64,000 nt of DNA, taken from positions 3,303 to 67,302 of the forward strand of contig JBFMAY010000018.1 of the NCBI GenBank assembly GCA_040755455.1, read 5' to 3'. Origin of the DNA: Thermodesulfobacteriota bacterium (GTDB taxonomy: Bacteria > Desulfobacterota > Desulfobulbia > Desulfobulbales > SURF-16). The notes under the pieces were generated by a model. The model was not told the origin of the DNA, made no database searches, and was given only the letters and a program-made list of their open reading frames with translations. Made by a program: the position numbers and the translations under genes. This document shows, one piece after another, positions 48,032 through 58,344 of this stretch. Numbering within the stretch: the first letter of the stretch is position 1; the number at the start of each line of letters is the position of its first letter.

Positions 48032-50161
48032 ATGAAGTGGCAGGATCTTTCGCTTTCTCTCAAACTCGGCGTGGCGTTCGGGGTAATTTTAATCATGACC
48101 GCCGTTATCGGCCTGCTGTCCTATGCCGGCATCAAGAATATCGTCTTTAACGCCCATGAGGTTATTGCGGGCAACAGCATGCGGGCCGACATCGCTGCTG
48201 CTGAAATCGCCCACCTCAACTGGATGAAAAAAGTCAGTTCCTTTCTGACGGAAAAGAGCAAGCAGGAGCTGGAGGTGGAGGTTGACGACCACAAGTGCGC
48301 CTTTGGAAAGTGGCTTTACGGAGAGCAGCGCAAGGAAATTGAACAAAGGATTCCCTCCATTGCCCAGCATCTGAAGGCAATTGAAAAGGTTCATTACGAT
48401 CTGCATACCTCAGCCGCGGACATAAAAAAGAATTTTCACCTTGCCGATCCCAATCTGCCGACGGTTCTGGCTGAGCGGGAAATTGATCATCTGCGCTTTA
48501 TCGATAAGATCAATGATGTGTTTAACGGTGTTGCCGCGGATTTTGAGGTGGAGACTGATCCCCATAAATGCGGGCTTGGGAACTGGCTGTACGGGGACGG
48601 CGTCCGCAATGCCATCGCCATGGAACCGGAACTGGAGCCTGCCATCAAAAGCCTCATCGAACCCCATACCAAGCTCCATCAATCAGTGACGGACCTCAAA
48701 AAATACTGGCAGTCGAATGACAAAGCCCGCAGCCGCGAGATATTAACCACTGTCACCCTGCCCGCCCTCCATGAAGTCGAACATATTCTCGGTAACATCC
48801 GGAGCGAAGCTGCCAAGAATCTTGTCGGCATGAAAACGGCCAACGATATCTACGTGCAACGCACGCTGCCCGCCCTGGCCCAGGTGCAGGAGACCCTGGC
48901 CAAGGTCAAGAATGAGGTAGACGCCAACATGATGACGGATGCAGTCATGTTGAACAGCGCCACCAGGGCAAAGCGCAATGTGCTGCTCATCGCCCTGATA
49001 ACGATCTGTTCCGGCATCGCTCTTTCCGCCCTCATCGCCAGAAAGATCGCAGGCCCCCTGGTCATGGGGGTTGCGTTTGCCGGGAAAATCGCCAATGGCG
49101 ATCTGCGGGAAAAGCTGGCAATCGACCAAAACGATGAGGTAGGCAAGCTGGCCAAGGCGCTGAACGGCATGGCTGCCAACCTGCGGCAGATTATGGGGAG
49201 TATTGCCGAAAAAAGTGGCCAGGTGACTGCATCCTCCGAAGAGCTTTTTGGCGCTTCCGAAGAAATGGCGGGGGCGGCGGAGAAAACAAAGGACGAAACC
49301 ACGGCAACAGCCAGGGCCACTGAGGAGATAACAAGCAATATCCAGGCGGTTTCCGATACTGCCGTCATGATGTCCGCCAAAACCCAGGAAATTTCCGCGG
49401 CGGCCGGCGAGATGTCGGCCAACGTCAATAACGTGGCGGCTGCCATTGAGGAGATGGCCACCTCCATCCGGGAGGTGGCGGAGAACTGCACCAAGGCTCA
49501 GGCTTTCTCCGGCAACGGCAAGGATAAAAGTGATGCGTCCAAGGTATTGATCGCCGAGCTTGACCAGGCGGCCAGGGATATCGGCAATGTGGTCAACGTC
49601 ATCACCGAGATAACCGAGCAGACCAAGCTGCTCGCCCTGAATGCCACCATTGAGGCGGCCAGGGCCGGCGAGGCTGGCAAGGGCTTTGCCGTGGTGGCCA
49701 ACGAGGTGAAGGATCTGGCCAAGCAGACGGCGGAAGCCGCGGAGAATATCGCCAGGCAGATTCAGGACATGCAGTCAAGGACCAGGTCGGTGGTTGATGT
49801 CATCGAGGAGGTTTCTCATATTAATGAGGATATCAATGAGGTCAATACCACCATTGCCGCGGCCGTAGAAGAGCAGACCGCCACGGTGGGCGAGATCGCC
49901 CGAACCATTGCCGGCACAGCCCTTGGCGTTGACAGTGTCTCCGCCAATATCCGCGAGCTCGCGGCAAATATTGAGCAGGAGGTTATTGCCAGTATTAAGG
50001 GGGCCGCTGCCGGCGTCAGGGAAATCTCTAACAATATTAACGGGATTACCACGGTGTGCGGGGTTGGCGCCCAGAATGCGGCGATCATTAAGAGCACTGC
50101 CGGTGAACTGTCTACTTTTTCCGCCGAGCTGCAGAGCCAGGTGGATAAATTCCGTCTGTAG
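48032..50161 (+). CDS. methyl-accepting chemotaxis protein with two tandem CZB-type zinc-binding modules in the predicted periplasmic loop
   Basis: ATG 48032 with AGGAGG upstream. TM1 at residues ~12-30 and TM2 at ~316-337, then HAMP, then an MCP signalling domain ([31 protein letters not shown]). The two HxxW/F...CxxGxW...HxxxH motifs lie between the TMs. Confidence 0.88.
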   Translation: MKWQDLSLSLKLGVAFGVILIMTAVIGLLSYAGIKNIVFNAHEVIAGNSMRADIAAAEIAHLNWMKKVSSFLTEKSKQELEVEVDDHKCAFGKWLYGEQRKEIEQRIPSIAQHLKAIEKVHYDLHTSAADIKKNFHLADPNLPTVLAEREIDHLRFIDKINDVFNGVAADFEVETDPHKCGLGNWLYGDGVRNAIAMEPELEPAIKSLIEPHTKLHQSVTDLKKYWQSNDKARSREILTTVTLPALHEVEHILGNIRSEAAKNLVGMKTANDIYVQRTLPALAQVQETLAKVKNEVDANMMTDAVMLNSATRAKRNVLLIALITICSGIALSALIARKIAGPLVMGVAFAGKIANGDLREKLAIDQNDEVGKLAKALNGMAANLRQIMGSIAEKSGQVTASSEELFGASEEMAGAAEKTKDETTATARATEEITSNIQAVSDTAVMMSAKTQEISAAAGEMSANVNNVAAAIEEMATSIREVAENCTKAQAFSGNGKDKSDASKVLIAELDQAARDIGNVVNVITEITEQTKLLALNATIEAARAGEAGKGFAVVANEVKDLAKQTAEAAENIARQIQDMQSRTRSVVDVIEEVSHINEDINEVNTTIAAAVEEQTATVGEIARTIAGTALGVDSVSANIRELAANIEQEVIASIKGAAAGVREISNNINGITTVCGVGAQNAAIIKSTAGELSTFSAELQSQVDKFRL

Positions 50162-50311
50162 CAGAGGAAAAGAGAGCCGGAGATGACCGTAAAAATACCC
50201 TTTGCGGCGAGATGGCGTAACTGATCACGGGTGATGGTTCCAAAGCCTGCCCCTCGGCGACCCCGTAAGGGCAACGCGAACCGTCCCCTCCTATGCCCCC
50301 GCCCCGCAACG

Positions 50312-50974
50312 TCACCCCCTGCTTTTGCTGAAGATCACCAGACTTCTCCTGGCCCTGCTAAATGGCAGGGCCAGGGTCACAATATTCTGCAGGGTGTACG
50401 GGCTTGCCGGCTGCTCAGCCAGCCACTGGCTGATTTCCTCTTCCGCCTTGGGGCCCTTCATGCAGATCACGGTGCCGTCAGGTGGGCTGAAAGGCGCGGC
50501 AAGTTCGAGGAAGTCGCTGATATTTGCCACGGCCCGGCTGGTAATGCAGGCCCAGGTTGGCTGCTGACCGACCAGGCCAGGTTCAAGGCGCTTTTCAATA
50601 ATCGTGACGTGGTCAAGATGCAGGCTGCGGACAATATGTCTCAGAAACGTCACTCGTTTCGCACGGGGCTCAACCAGGGTCAGCTCAAGTTCAGGCCAGG
50701 CAGCTTTCAGCACCAGGCCGGGGAAGCCGGCGCCGGTGCCCACATCTAGGAGTTGAGGCCTGTCTTCACTGTTTAAGTGGGGCAGCAGGGTAAGCGAATC
50801 GAGAAAATGGCTTTCAACCATTTCCAGCTCAGTGGCCTGGGACACAAGATTCATCCTGCGGTTCCATTTAACCAGTTCATTGTAATAGCAAACAAGCCGG
50901 TCAATGCTCTCCGCATGGCTGAGTGGAATACCTAGGGCCTTGCAGCCCTGCGCTAAGATGTCCTTGCAGGCCAT
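50312..50974 (-). CDS. rsmG: 16S rRNA (guanine527-N7)-methyltransferase RsmG (GidB)
   Basis: W N..MNL, LLDVGTGAGFPGLVLK, TLVE...KR..FL motifs. ATG 50974 is preferred over the TTG at 50998, which would overlap hisD. Confidence 0.85.
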   Translation of the reverse strand: MACKDILAQGCKALGIPLSHAESIDRLVCYYNELVKWNRRMNLVSQATELEMVESHFLDSLTLLPHLNSEDRPQLLDVGTGAGFPGLVLKAAWPELELTLVEPRAKRVTFLRHIVRSLHLDHVTIIEKRLEPGLVGQQPTWACITSRAVANISDFLELAAPFSPPDGTVICMKGPKAEEEISQWLAEQPASPYTLQNIVTLALPFSRARRSLVIFSKSRG

Positions 50975-50981
50975 GGTGCAA

Positions 50982-52295
50982 TCACTTTTCCCCTTCAAGT
51001 CTTACCGCCACGGAGCGGGCATGGGCGGTCAGCCCCTCCAGGTTGGCCAGGTTCTGGATATGCTCGGCATCCGCCAGAAAGGCTCGACGGGAGCAGGAAA
51101 TCAGACTGCTTTTCTTGAGAAAGGTTTCCACGCCAAGGGCGGAGGAGATGCGGGCGGTGCCCATGGTGGGCAGGACATGGTTCGGTCCGGCAACGTAGTC
51201 GCCGCAAGCCTCGGGGGAGTAATCACCGAGGAAAATCGCGCCGGCATGCTGGATGCTGGGCAACCAGGAGAAAGGATCGGCCACCATGAGCTCCAGGTGC
51301 TCGATGGCAATGTCGTTGGCCATGGCCATGGCCTCGTCAAGGCTGTCGCAGACCAGGATCGTGCCCCGGTCGGCCAGGGATTTGCGGGCAATGTCCTCGC
51401 GGCTCAGCAGCTTCAGCTGTTTTTCCAGCTCTACCACGGTGGCCTCGGCAATGTCCTGGCTGGTGGTCACCAGAATGGCCAGGGCCTGCGGGTCATGTTC
51501 GGCCTGGGCCAGGAGGTCGGCGGCAATGAAGGCCGGTTTTGCCGTGTGGTCGGCCACGATGAGCACCTCGCTGGGGCCTGCGATCATGTCGATCCCCACC
51601 CGGCCGGCCACCTGGCGCTTGGCCTCGGTGACGTACTGGTTGCCCGGCCCGACAATGACATCCACCGCCGGAATGATCTCCGTGCCGTAGGCCAGGGCCC
51701 CGATAGCCCAGGCGCTGCCGGTTTTATAAATCTGCCGGATGCCAATTTCCTGCGCCGCCACCAGCAGGGCGGGATGAACCTTGCCCCGGGCATTGGGCGG
51801 GGTGACCATGATCCGGTGCTTGACCCCGGCAATGGCCGCCGGGATGCCGTTCATCAGCACCGATGAGACCAGCGGGGTCTTCCCCCCCTGACCACCGGGC
51901 ACGTAAAGCCCGGCATAGGCCACCGGGCGCACCAATCGGCCGGTGATGGAGCCGTCCTCCCGGGTAAGAATCCAGGACTGCTCCATCTCCCGCTCATGAA
52001 AGGCCCAGATGCGTTGTTTGGCCAACCGCAGGCTCTGCATCAGTTTTTCGTCCACCTGGGCGTAGGCCTCCTGCAGTTCAGCCCCGGTTACCCGGAGCTG
52101 GTCGGGGGTCATGTTCGGCGCGTCGAATCTACGGGTGTACTCGAGCAGTGCCTCATCGCCGCGCTCCCTGATGGCCTGCAGGATGGCGCTGACCGCCTCA
52201 CGGCAGGAGGAATCGGCCAATTGAAAACGGTAGGCAAGCCGGGACAGGCTGCTTTTTCCTTGGGCTGACTGGGTTGTATAGGGGGTAATAATCAT
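50982..52295 (-). CDS. hisD: histidinol dehydrogenase
   Basis: 437 aa. YVPGG...PLVSSVLM, AG.D.I.GPGN.YV..AK, AQAEHD, GDY.AGPNHVLPT motifs. Confidence 0.95.
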   Translation of the reverse strand: MIITPYTTQSAQGKSSLSRLAYRFQLADSSCREAVSAILQAIRERGDEALLEYTRRFDAPNMTPDQLRVTGAELQEAYAQVDEKLMQSLRLAKQRIWAFHEREMEQSWILTREDGSITGRLVRPVAYAGLYVPGGQGGKTPLVSSVLMNGIPAAIAGVKHRIMVTPPNARGKVHPALLVAAQEIGIRQIYKTGSAWAIGALAYGTEIIPAVDVIVGPGNQYVTEAKRQVAGRVGIDMIAGPSEVLIVADHTAKPAFIAADLLAQAEHDPQALAILVTTSQDIAEATVVELEKQLKLLSREDIARKSLADRGTILVCDSLDEAMAMANDIAIEHLELMVADPFSWLPSIQHAGAIFLGDYSPEACGDYVAGPNHVLPTMGTARISSALGVETFLKKSSLISCSRRAFLADAEHIQNLANLEGLTAHARSVAVRLEGEK

Positions 52296-54028
52296 TTCTG
52301 CACCTCATCTTCATTAAATACCGGGCATTTGGTGTCTGGTGAATATTTCGTATAGGCCGGGTCCGAGTACTCCTTGTGGCACTCCAGGCAGAGGCCGACG
52401 CGCAGAATGCGGGCCAGCTCTTCCTTGTTGAACGGCCGGACTTCGGGCCGGGAACTTTTCTGCAAGGCTACCCCGTCAATGGTGACATAGGCGTCCAGGG
52501 GCGGCGTCTGGCCGACAGCGGTGGCAAGTCCCTGGTCGGTTCCGGCAAAATGCCAGGCACCGTTTTCTTTCCAGGCCGTGCCTTCACCCAAACCCATCAC
52601 CTTGGTGGAGGTGTGGCATTCGGGACAGTCTCTGCCCGTGGTCTGGGTGGTATGGGGGTTGATGGCCGCCATGGTAAGGCTGTTGAACTGTTTGTCCGCC
52701 TTGCCTGCCTTGTCAACCAGGGTGACAATGTCCTGGCAGCCAGGGGTGACGATGATCACCTTGTCATTCCACATGGCCAGCATGGGCCGTTCATAGCGGA
52801 GATAGGAGCGGCCTTCGTTCCACCAGCCGGGCCTCTCTTCCAGGCTCAGCTTGTCGAGATGGGTTTCCGTCATGTCGCGCTTGACATGACAGCCGTAACA
52901 TTGGGGCACCCAGGTGGAGTGGCAGGCCTCACAGCCCACCCGTTTGTGGCCGGCAAAGTCGCAGACCCCGGTTTTGGGTGGTTTTAAGGGATGTTTCTTG
53001 CCGTTGATCTTGTTGTTGATCACCCACGCCTCTCCTTCCGCAATGATATTGTTCAGTTTTTCATTTTTTCGGGTCTGCCCCGGAGTTTTGCCGGCCTGGC
53101 TCCGGCCGGCGCTGACATGGCAGGTGTCGCAGCTGATCTCCAGCTGCTGCTCATAGTGGGCATAGTTGGTGCCGTCACCCATGATCTCGTTTCTGGTATG
53201 GCAGTCAATGCAGGACATGCCCCGCTGATGATGAATGTCAGCCGGCAGGCTGAAATAAAAGCGGTCGCCCGGCAGCCTTTTTTCCGACATTTCGCCGTTT
53301 TTATAGGGGGTGCCGTAATTTTCAGATTCGTACACGCCGGTGTAGGAGATGCCGATCCTGCCGCTGCGGTTATGGCAGCGGACACAGTTGTTGACCGGTA
53401 TCTTTTTGATGATCTGCGGGTGGAGTTTGGCGGCCGCCTCGGGTGACAGATTTTCGTCCTTGATGTAATGGCAGGCGGAGCAGCCGCCGCCCTTTTCGCC
53501 AAAAAAGCCGGGCAGATCCCCTTTCTGCTTCCACAGATGGCAGGTGCCGCATAGTTTGCGGAAATAGTCCAGTGCAAGGGAGGTTTGGCCGCTTTCCAGC
53601 AGTTTTTCCACCGAATAGTCGCCGTTCTGGTCCGGGGCCTCGCCCCAGTAGTAGAGCAGGGTGGCAAGAATGCCGCGGTTGGTGGCCATTAGGGAATTCT
53701 TGACCTTTTTCACGTCAGCGGCGTGGCAGCCCTCGATGCCGCAGGTTTTCTCCACCAGGCGCAGGTCGCCCGGGTTTTTGACGATGCCCTCGTGCGCCTT
53801 TTGCTTGTCAATGGCCAGAAAATCGCCCAGGTGGCAAGGGGAGCACCCCACCACCAGGCGATCGTGGGCCCCGTCGAGTTTCTCGGTCTTATGGCAGCTC
53901 AGGCACATTTCCACCCGGCCGGAGGTGGTCTGGTACAGACGATCCGGCCGCTCGGTCATGTTTTCCCGGATAACCAAGGCGAGAACACAGAGCAGAAGAA
54001 AGAACAGGACCAGGCGGGACGACGACAT
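52292..54028 (-). CDS. membrane-anchored/secreted multiheme c-type cytochrome (11 CXXCH plus one CX4CH)
   Basis: Hydrophobic N-terminus MSSSRLVLFFLLLCVLALVI. Motifs are CLSCH, CSPCH, CGIEGCH, CGTCH, CSACH, CVRCH, CIDCH, CDTCH, CEACH, CYGCH, CPECH and CLECH. ATG 54028 lies 1 nt after the nadE stop, and the stop overlaps the hisD ATG. Confidence 0.85.
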   Translation of the reverse strand: MSSSRLVLFFLLLCVLALVIRENMTERPDRLYQTTSGRVEMCLSCHKTEKLDGAHDRLVVGCSPCHLGDFLAIDKQKAHEGIVKNPGDLRLVEKTCGIEGCHAADVKKVKNSLMATNRGILATLLYYWGEAPDQNGDYSVEKLLESGQTSLALDYFRKLCGTCHLWKQKGDLPGFFGEKGGGCSACHYIKDENLSPEAAAKLHPQIIKKIPVNNCVRCHNRSGRIGISYTGVYESENYGTPYKNGEMSEKRLPGDRFYFSLPADIHHQRGMSCIDCHTRNEIMGDGTNYAHYEQQLEISCDTCHVSAGRSQAGKTPGQTRKNEKLNNIIAEGEAWVINNKINGKKHPLKPPKTGVCDFAGHKRVGCEACHSTWVPQCYGCHVKRDMTETHLDKLSLEERPGWWNEGRSYLRYERPMLAMWNDKVIIVTPGCQDIVTLVDKAGKADKQFNSLTMAAINPHTTQTTGRDCPECHTSTKVMGLGEGTAWKENGAWHFAGTDQGLATAVGQTPPLDAYVTIDGVALQKSSRPEVRPFNKEELARILRVGLCLECHKEYSDPAYTKYSPDTKCPVFNEDEVQK

Positions 54029-54029
54029 C

Positions 54030-55667
54030 TTATTCCCTGAAGCGCTGGGCAATGGGATAGCGGCGGCCGTAGCCGAAGGCCTTGGAGGTGACCTTCAGTC
54101 CCATGGCCGCCTGTTGCCGCTTGTATTCATTGCGCTTGATGCGGCGGACAATGTCTTCGACAATATCTCGGTCAAAGCCTCGGCCCGCTATTTCAGCAAT
54201 GGAGAGATGTTCCTCAAGATAGGCGCTGAGGATGGGATCAAGCACCTCGTAGGGGGGCAGATCATCCTGGTCTTTTTGGTCCGGGGCCAGTTCAGCCGTG
54301 GGGGCGCGGCTTATGGTGCGGGCCGGGATGATTTCCTGATGGCGGTTGATAAAGCGGGCCAGGGCGTAAACCATCTGCTTGGGCACGTCGGCCAGCAGGG
54401 CCAGGGCCCCGGCCATATCGCCGTACAGGGTGCAGTAGCCTACCGCCATCTCCGACTTGTTGCCGGTGGTGAGCAGCAGGGCGTTGAACTTGTTGGCCAG
54501 GGCCATGAGCAGGGTGCCGCGAATGCGGGCCTGGATGTTCTGCTCGGTCACGTCCTCCTGCAGGCCGGCGAAAAGGGGGGTAAGCGTCTGGCGGAATGAG
54601 GCAAAGGTGGCGGAAATATCGATGATCTCAAAACGAATGCCGAGGTTTTTGGCCAGAATCATTGCGTCTTCAATGCTTGCCGGTGAGGTGTAGGGCGAGG
54701 GCAGGGCCACGCCGGTGACGTTTGCCGCGCCCAGGGCCGCGCAGGCGATGGCGCAGGTCAGGGCCGAATCGATGCCGCCGCTTAATCCCAGCAGTACCTT
54801 GGAGAAACCGCATTTCCTGATGTAATCCCGGCAGCCCATGGCCAGGGCCTGAAAAACAAGGGCTGTTTCATCATTTTCCCGGGGAGGGTGCGCAGCATGA
54901 AGTTGCTCCGTGTCAATGATGAGCATGTCCTCGCAAAACGAGTTGGCCTGCAGGCAGAGGGCGCCGTCATGGTCCAGCACCATGCTGTCCCCGTCAAAAA
55001 GAACGGAATCCTGACCGCCAACCTGATTGACATAGAGGAGGGGGACATGATATTTGCGGCAGAGTTGGGAGAAAATTGTCCGCCGCAGCTGTTGTTTGCC
55101 AATGGTGAAAGGGGATGCGGCGATGTTGATGAGCAGGTCAATTCCCCCACTCATCAGGTCAGCCACGGGATTGGCCTGATACAGCGGATGGGGAAAGCTG
55201 TTCTCGTCGTTAAAGATATCTTCGCAGATCGTTATCCCCAGACGGAGTCCTTGGTAAGTAAAAGGACTGCTGGCCTGCCCCGGTTCAAAATAACGGGCTT
55301 CGTCAAACACATCATAGGTGGGCAGCAGACGTTTGTGGGCACTGAAAAGAATTTTGCCGTCAGTCAAGAGCAGGGCGCTGTTGTGCAAGGGTTTGCCGGT
55401 GCCGCCGCTGTGACGGGTGATGGCACCGCAGAGCACGGCGATGCCCTGGGTTGCGGCAACAAGGTTGTCAATGGCGGCCTCCTGCTGGGTCAAAAAGGCC
55501 TCGTGCTCCAGGTAATCCTGCGGCGGGTAACCGCTGATGGCCAGTTCCGGGAAAATGGCAAGCTGGCAACCGGCGTTGTGGGCCTGGTCGATCTGTTTGG
55601 CAATATTGGCGATATTGCCGGTAAAATCACCGATCACCGGGTTTATTTGCGTCAGGGCGAGTTTCAT
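54030..55667 (-). CDS. nadE: glutamine-dependent NAD+ synthetase (nitrilase-like CN hydrolase domain plus NAD synthase domain)
   Basis: N-terminal [10 protein letters not shown]...N, CED catalytic Cys region (ITICEDIF), and C-terminal [12 protein letters not shown]-loop. Confidence 0.93.
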   Translation of the reverse strand: MKLALTQINPVIGDFTGNIANIAKQIDQAHNAGCQLAIFPELAISGYPPQDYLEHEAFLTQQEAAIDNLVAATQGIAVLCGAITRHSGGTGKPLHNSALLLTDGKILFSAHKRLLPTYDVFDEARYFEPGQASSPFTYQGLRLGITICEDIFNDENSFPHPLYQANPVADLMSGGIDLLINIAASPFTIGKQQLRRTIFSQLCRKYHVPLLYVNQVGGQDSVLFDGDSMVLDHDGALCLQANSFCEDMLIIDTEQLHAAHPPRENDETALVFQALAMGCRDYIRKCGFSKVLLGLSGGIDSALTCAIACAALGAANVTGVALPSPYTSPASIEDAMILAKNLGIRFEIIDISATFASFRQTLTPLFAGLQEDVTEQNIQARIRGTLLMALANKFNALLLTTGNKSEMAVGYCTLYGDMAGALALLADVPKQMVYALARFINRHQEIIPARTISRAPTAELAPDQKDQDDLPPYEVLDPILSAYLEEHLSIAEIAGRGFDRDIVEDIVRRIKRNEYKRQQAAMGLKVTSKAFGYGRRYPIAQRFRE

Positions 55668-55796
55668 GGTTGCTATTTATAGCATAATAAAGTGGCTCAT
55701 GCCGCATCAATTTTTGGGCAAGTTTTGCTTGCAGGATCAGCATGTTTCATACTAATCTTGTTTGCACCGGTATTCTTCCTGCAACCCTGAGCCACA

Positions 55797-57131
55797 ATGA
55801 GGCCCTCCTTCATGCGCAAATATTTTGTCCTGGATACAAACGTCTTACTGCATAATGCTGATTCCATCAGTTCTTTTTCCGACAACTATGTGGTGTTGCC
55901 CATGTCGGTCATCGAGGAGCTTGACAAGTTCAAATCCCGCAGTGATGAACTTGGCCGCAACGCCCGCAAGGTTATCAGGGATCTCGACCATCTCCGCTGT
56001 CGCGGCAGGCTGGCGGAAGGGGTGGAGATGGAAAACGGCGGCATCTTGCGAATTTTCACGGAAGGGGATGATGTTGTCTGTCCCGGACTGAACATGAAGG
56101 TGCCGGACAACCGGATTCTCGCTGTCGCCTATACCTTGTTTAAAAAAGGCGAAAAGGTTATTTTCGTCTCAAAAGACATCAACGCCCGCCTGAAGGCCGA
56201 TGCCCTGGGCATCGGCGTCATGGATTTTGAGAAACAGAAGGTCAATTTTGATGAGCTCTTTTCCGGCTACCGGGAGCAACTGGTGCCGGGTAAGGTTATT
56301 GATATTCTGTATGAAAAACGTGAGGTTGAGGCTGACGGCCTGGATCTCGTTCCCAATGAATTCGTGCTGCTCCAGGATGAGGCTGATCCCAAGCACAGCG
56401 CCCTGGCCCGGGCCTTCAACGAGCGGAAACTGGTAAGACTTAATCCCCAGTATGATTCCGCCTGGCAGATTCGTTCCCGCAGCAAGGAGCAGCGGATGTG
56501 CCTGGAACTTTTGCTTGATCCGAGTGTCCAACTTGTAACACTGGTGGGACAGGCGGGTACCGGTAAAACGCTTTTGGCGCTGGCCGCCGGTCTTGAAGAG
56601 GTGATTATCAATAAACGCTACGAGAAGATACTGGTTTCGCGGCCGATCATTCCCCTGGGCAAGGATCTGGGCTACATGCCCGGCGATAAGGACGAGAAAC
56701 TGGCGCACTGGATGCAGCCTATTTTTGATAACCTTACCTTTCTCATGGGCAGCGGCCATTCCACGAAAAATCGGCAGGATGATGATTCCATGCGCCACAA
56801 GGTCGATAAACTGCTGAAGGATCATGTGGTGGAAATGGAGGCCCTTACCTATATCCGGGGCCGCTCCATCTCAGGCCAGTTTGTCATCGTTGACGAGGCC
56901 CAGAATCTGACCCCGCATGAGGTCAAGACCATCATCAGCAGGGCTGGCGAGGGGACAAAAATGGTGCTGACCGGTGATCCCTATCAGATCGACAACCCCT
57001 ATCTTGACTCCAGCAGTAACGGACTGACCTATACAGTGGAACGGTTAAAAACGTTGCCGATCCATGGCCACATCACCCTGAAAAAAAGTGAACGGAGCCA
57101 GCTGTCAGGGGTGGCGGCGGATTATCTGTAA
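55797..57131 (+). CDS. PIN-domain plus PhoH-like ATPase (YlaK family)
   Basis: YFVLDTNVLLHN PIN N-terminus, Walker A GQAGTGKT, VDEAQNLT, GDP.Q.D motifs. An alternative start at ATG 55812 is equally plausible. Confidence 0.88.
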   Translation: MRPSFMRKYFVLDTNVLLHNADSISSFSDNYVVLPMSVIEELDKFKSRSDELGRNARKVIRDLDHLRCRGRLAEGVEMENGGILRIFTEGDDVVCPGLNMKVPDNRILAVAYTLFKKGEKVIFVSKDINARLKADALGIGVMDFEKQKVNFDELFSGYREQLVPGKVIDILYEKREVEADGLDLVPNEFVLLQDEADPKHSALARAFNERKLVRLNPQYDSAWQIRSRSKEQRMCLELLLDPSVQLVTLVGQAGTGKTLLALAAGLEEVIINKRYEKILVSRPIIPLGKDLGYMPGDKDEKLAHWMQPIFDNLTFLMGSGHSTKNRQDDDSMRHKVDKLLKDHVVEMEALTYIRGRSISGQFVIVDEAQNLTPHEVKTIISRAGEGTKMVLTGDPYQIDNPYLDSSSNGLTYTVERLKTLPIHGHITLKKSERSQLSGVAADYL

Positions 57132-57185
57132 GAGGGATATTTACCAACTGTTTACCGCCGCGAACATGAAAAGGACCTGAAACAT

Positions 57186-58244
57186 ATGAAATTTGAACCG
57201 AAATGGATTGCCTGGGAGATTACCAGACGTTGTAACCTCAAATGCGTTCACTGCCGGTCTTCTTCGCAGCTTGAGGTCATAGGCCATCCTGATTTTTCCC
57301 TTGAGGAGGCCCGCCGGGTGCTTGACGATATCGCCTCCTACGCCAACCCGGTCATGGTGCTTTCCGGCGGCGAGCCCCTGCTGCGCAAGGATGTCTTTGA
57401 CATTGCCACCTATGGCACGAGTAAAGGCCTGCGCATGTGCCTGGCCACCAACGGGACATTGGTCACCGAAGAAATCTGCGGCAAAATTAAGGAGGCGGGC
57501 ATCAAAATGGTGTCCCTCAGCCTGGACGGCTCCACCGCCGCGGTTCATGACAATTTCCGCAATCAGGCCGGGGCCTTTGCCGGCACCCTGAATGCCGCCG
57601 CCCTGTTCAGGAAGCATGACATCTCCTTTTTGATCAATTCCTCGTTTACCAAGCGAAATCAGGAGGAGATCCCCAAAATCTACAAGCTTGCCAAGGAAAT
57701 CGGGGCCACCGCCTGGTATATGTTCATGATTGTCCCCACCGGCCGCGGTGAAGAGATCATGAAAGAGCTCATTTCCATGGAGGATTATGAGAAAATGCTT
57801 GAGTGGCATTACGACATGGAAAAGGAGGAGAATGACATTCTGGTCCGGCCCACCTGCGCACCGAGTTACTACCGCATCGTCCTGCAGAAAAAGAAGGAAA
57901 CCGGCGACGATTTCCAGCGGCGAACCCTGAAATTTTCCACAGGCGGCTCCAAAGGCTGCCTTGCCGGGCAGCTGATCTGTCTCATCGACGTGGACGGCAA
58001 CGTCCTGCCCTGCAGTTATTTCCCCATGGGCGCCGGCAATATCCGGGAGAAATCCTTCAAGGATATCTGGGAAAATTCAAAACTTTTCCATGACATGCGT
58101 GATTTCAAGGCTTACAAGGGCCGTTGCGGCTCCTGCGAATACGTCAGCGTGTGCGGCGGGTGCCGGGCCAGGGCCTACGCCATGCATGGTGACTACATGG
58201 CGGAAGAGCCTTTCTGTTCCCATGTCCCGGCCAAATTAAAATAA
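57186..58244 (+). CDS. radical SAM/SPASM protein, AhbD-like (anaerobic coproheme decarboxylase / heme b synthase family, NirJ-related)
   Basis: [16 protein letters not shown]3CX2C cluster, [26 protein letters not shown], and a C-terminal SPASM Cys cluster (CSYFP ... [17 protein letters not shown]). The overall pattern matches my recollection of Desulfovibrio AhbD. Confidence 0.75.
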   Translation: MKFEPKWIAWEITRRCNLKCVHCRSSSQLEVIGHPDFSLEEARRVLDDIASYANPVMVLSGGEPLLRKDVFDIATYGTSKGLRMCLATNGTLVTEEICGKIKEAGIKMVSLSLDGSTAAVHDNFRNQAGAFAGTLNAAALFRKHDISFLINSSFTKRNQEEIPKIYKLAKEIGATAWYMFMIVPTGRGEEIMKELISMEDYEKMLEWHYDMEKEENDILVRPTCAPSYYRIVLQKKKETGDDFQRRTLKFSTGGSKGCLAGQLICLIDVDGNVLPCSYFPMGAGNIREKSFKDIWENSKLFHDMRDFKAYKGRCGSCEYVSVCGGCRARAYAMHGDYMAEEPFCSHVPAKLK

Positions 58245-58344
58245 CTGCATGATTTCTGAAATGGTCCATTGGTTGAAGCGCCGACACCTGTTCACCGATT
58301 AACGAGTCAGCCAATCCACTAATCAATAACGAAGGAAAAAAAGA

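Noticed and set aside
50904-55682. Plus-strand ORFs 50904-51866, 52376-52987, 53661-54599 and 54888-55682
   Set aside because: All are antisense to hisD, the 11-heme cytochrome gene and nadE, which have strong family signatures. Their composition is typical of antisense frames.
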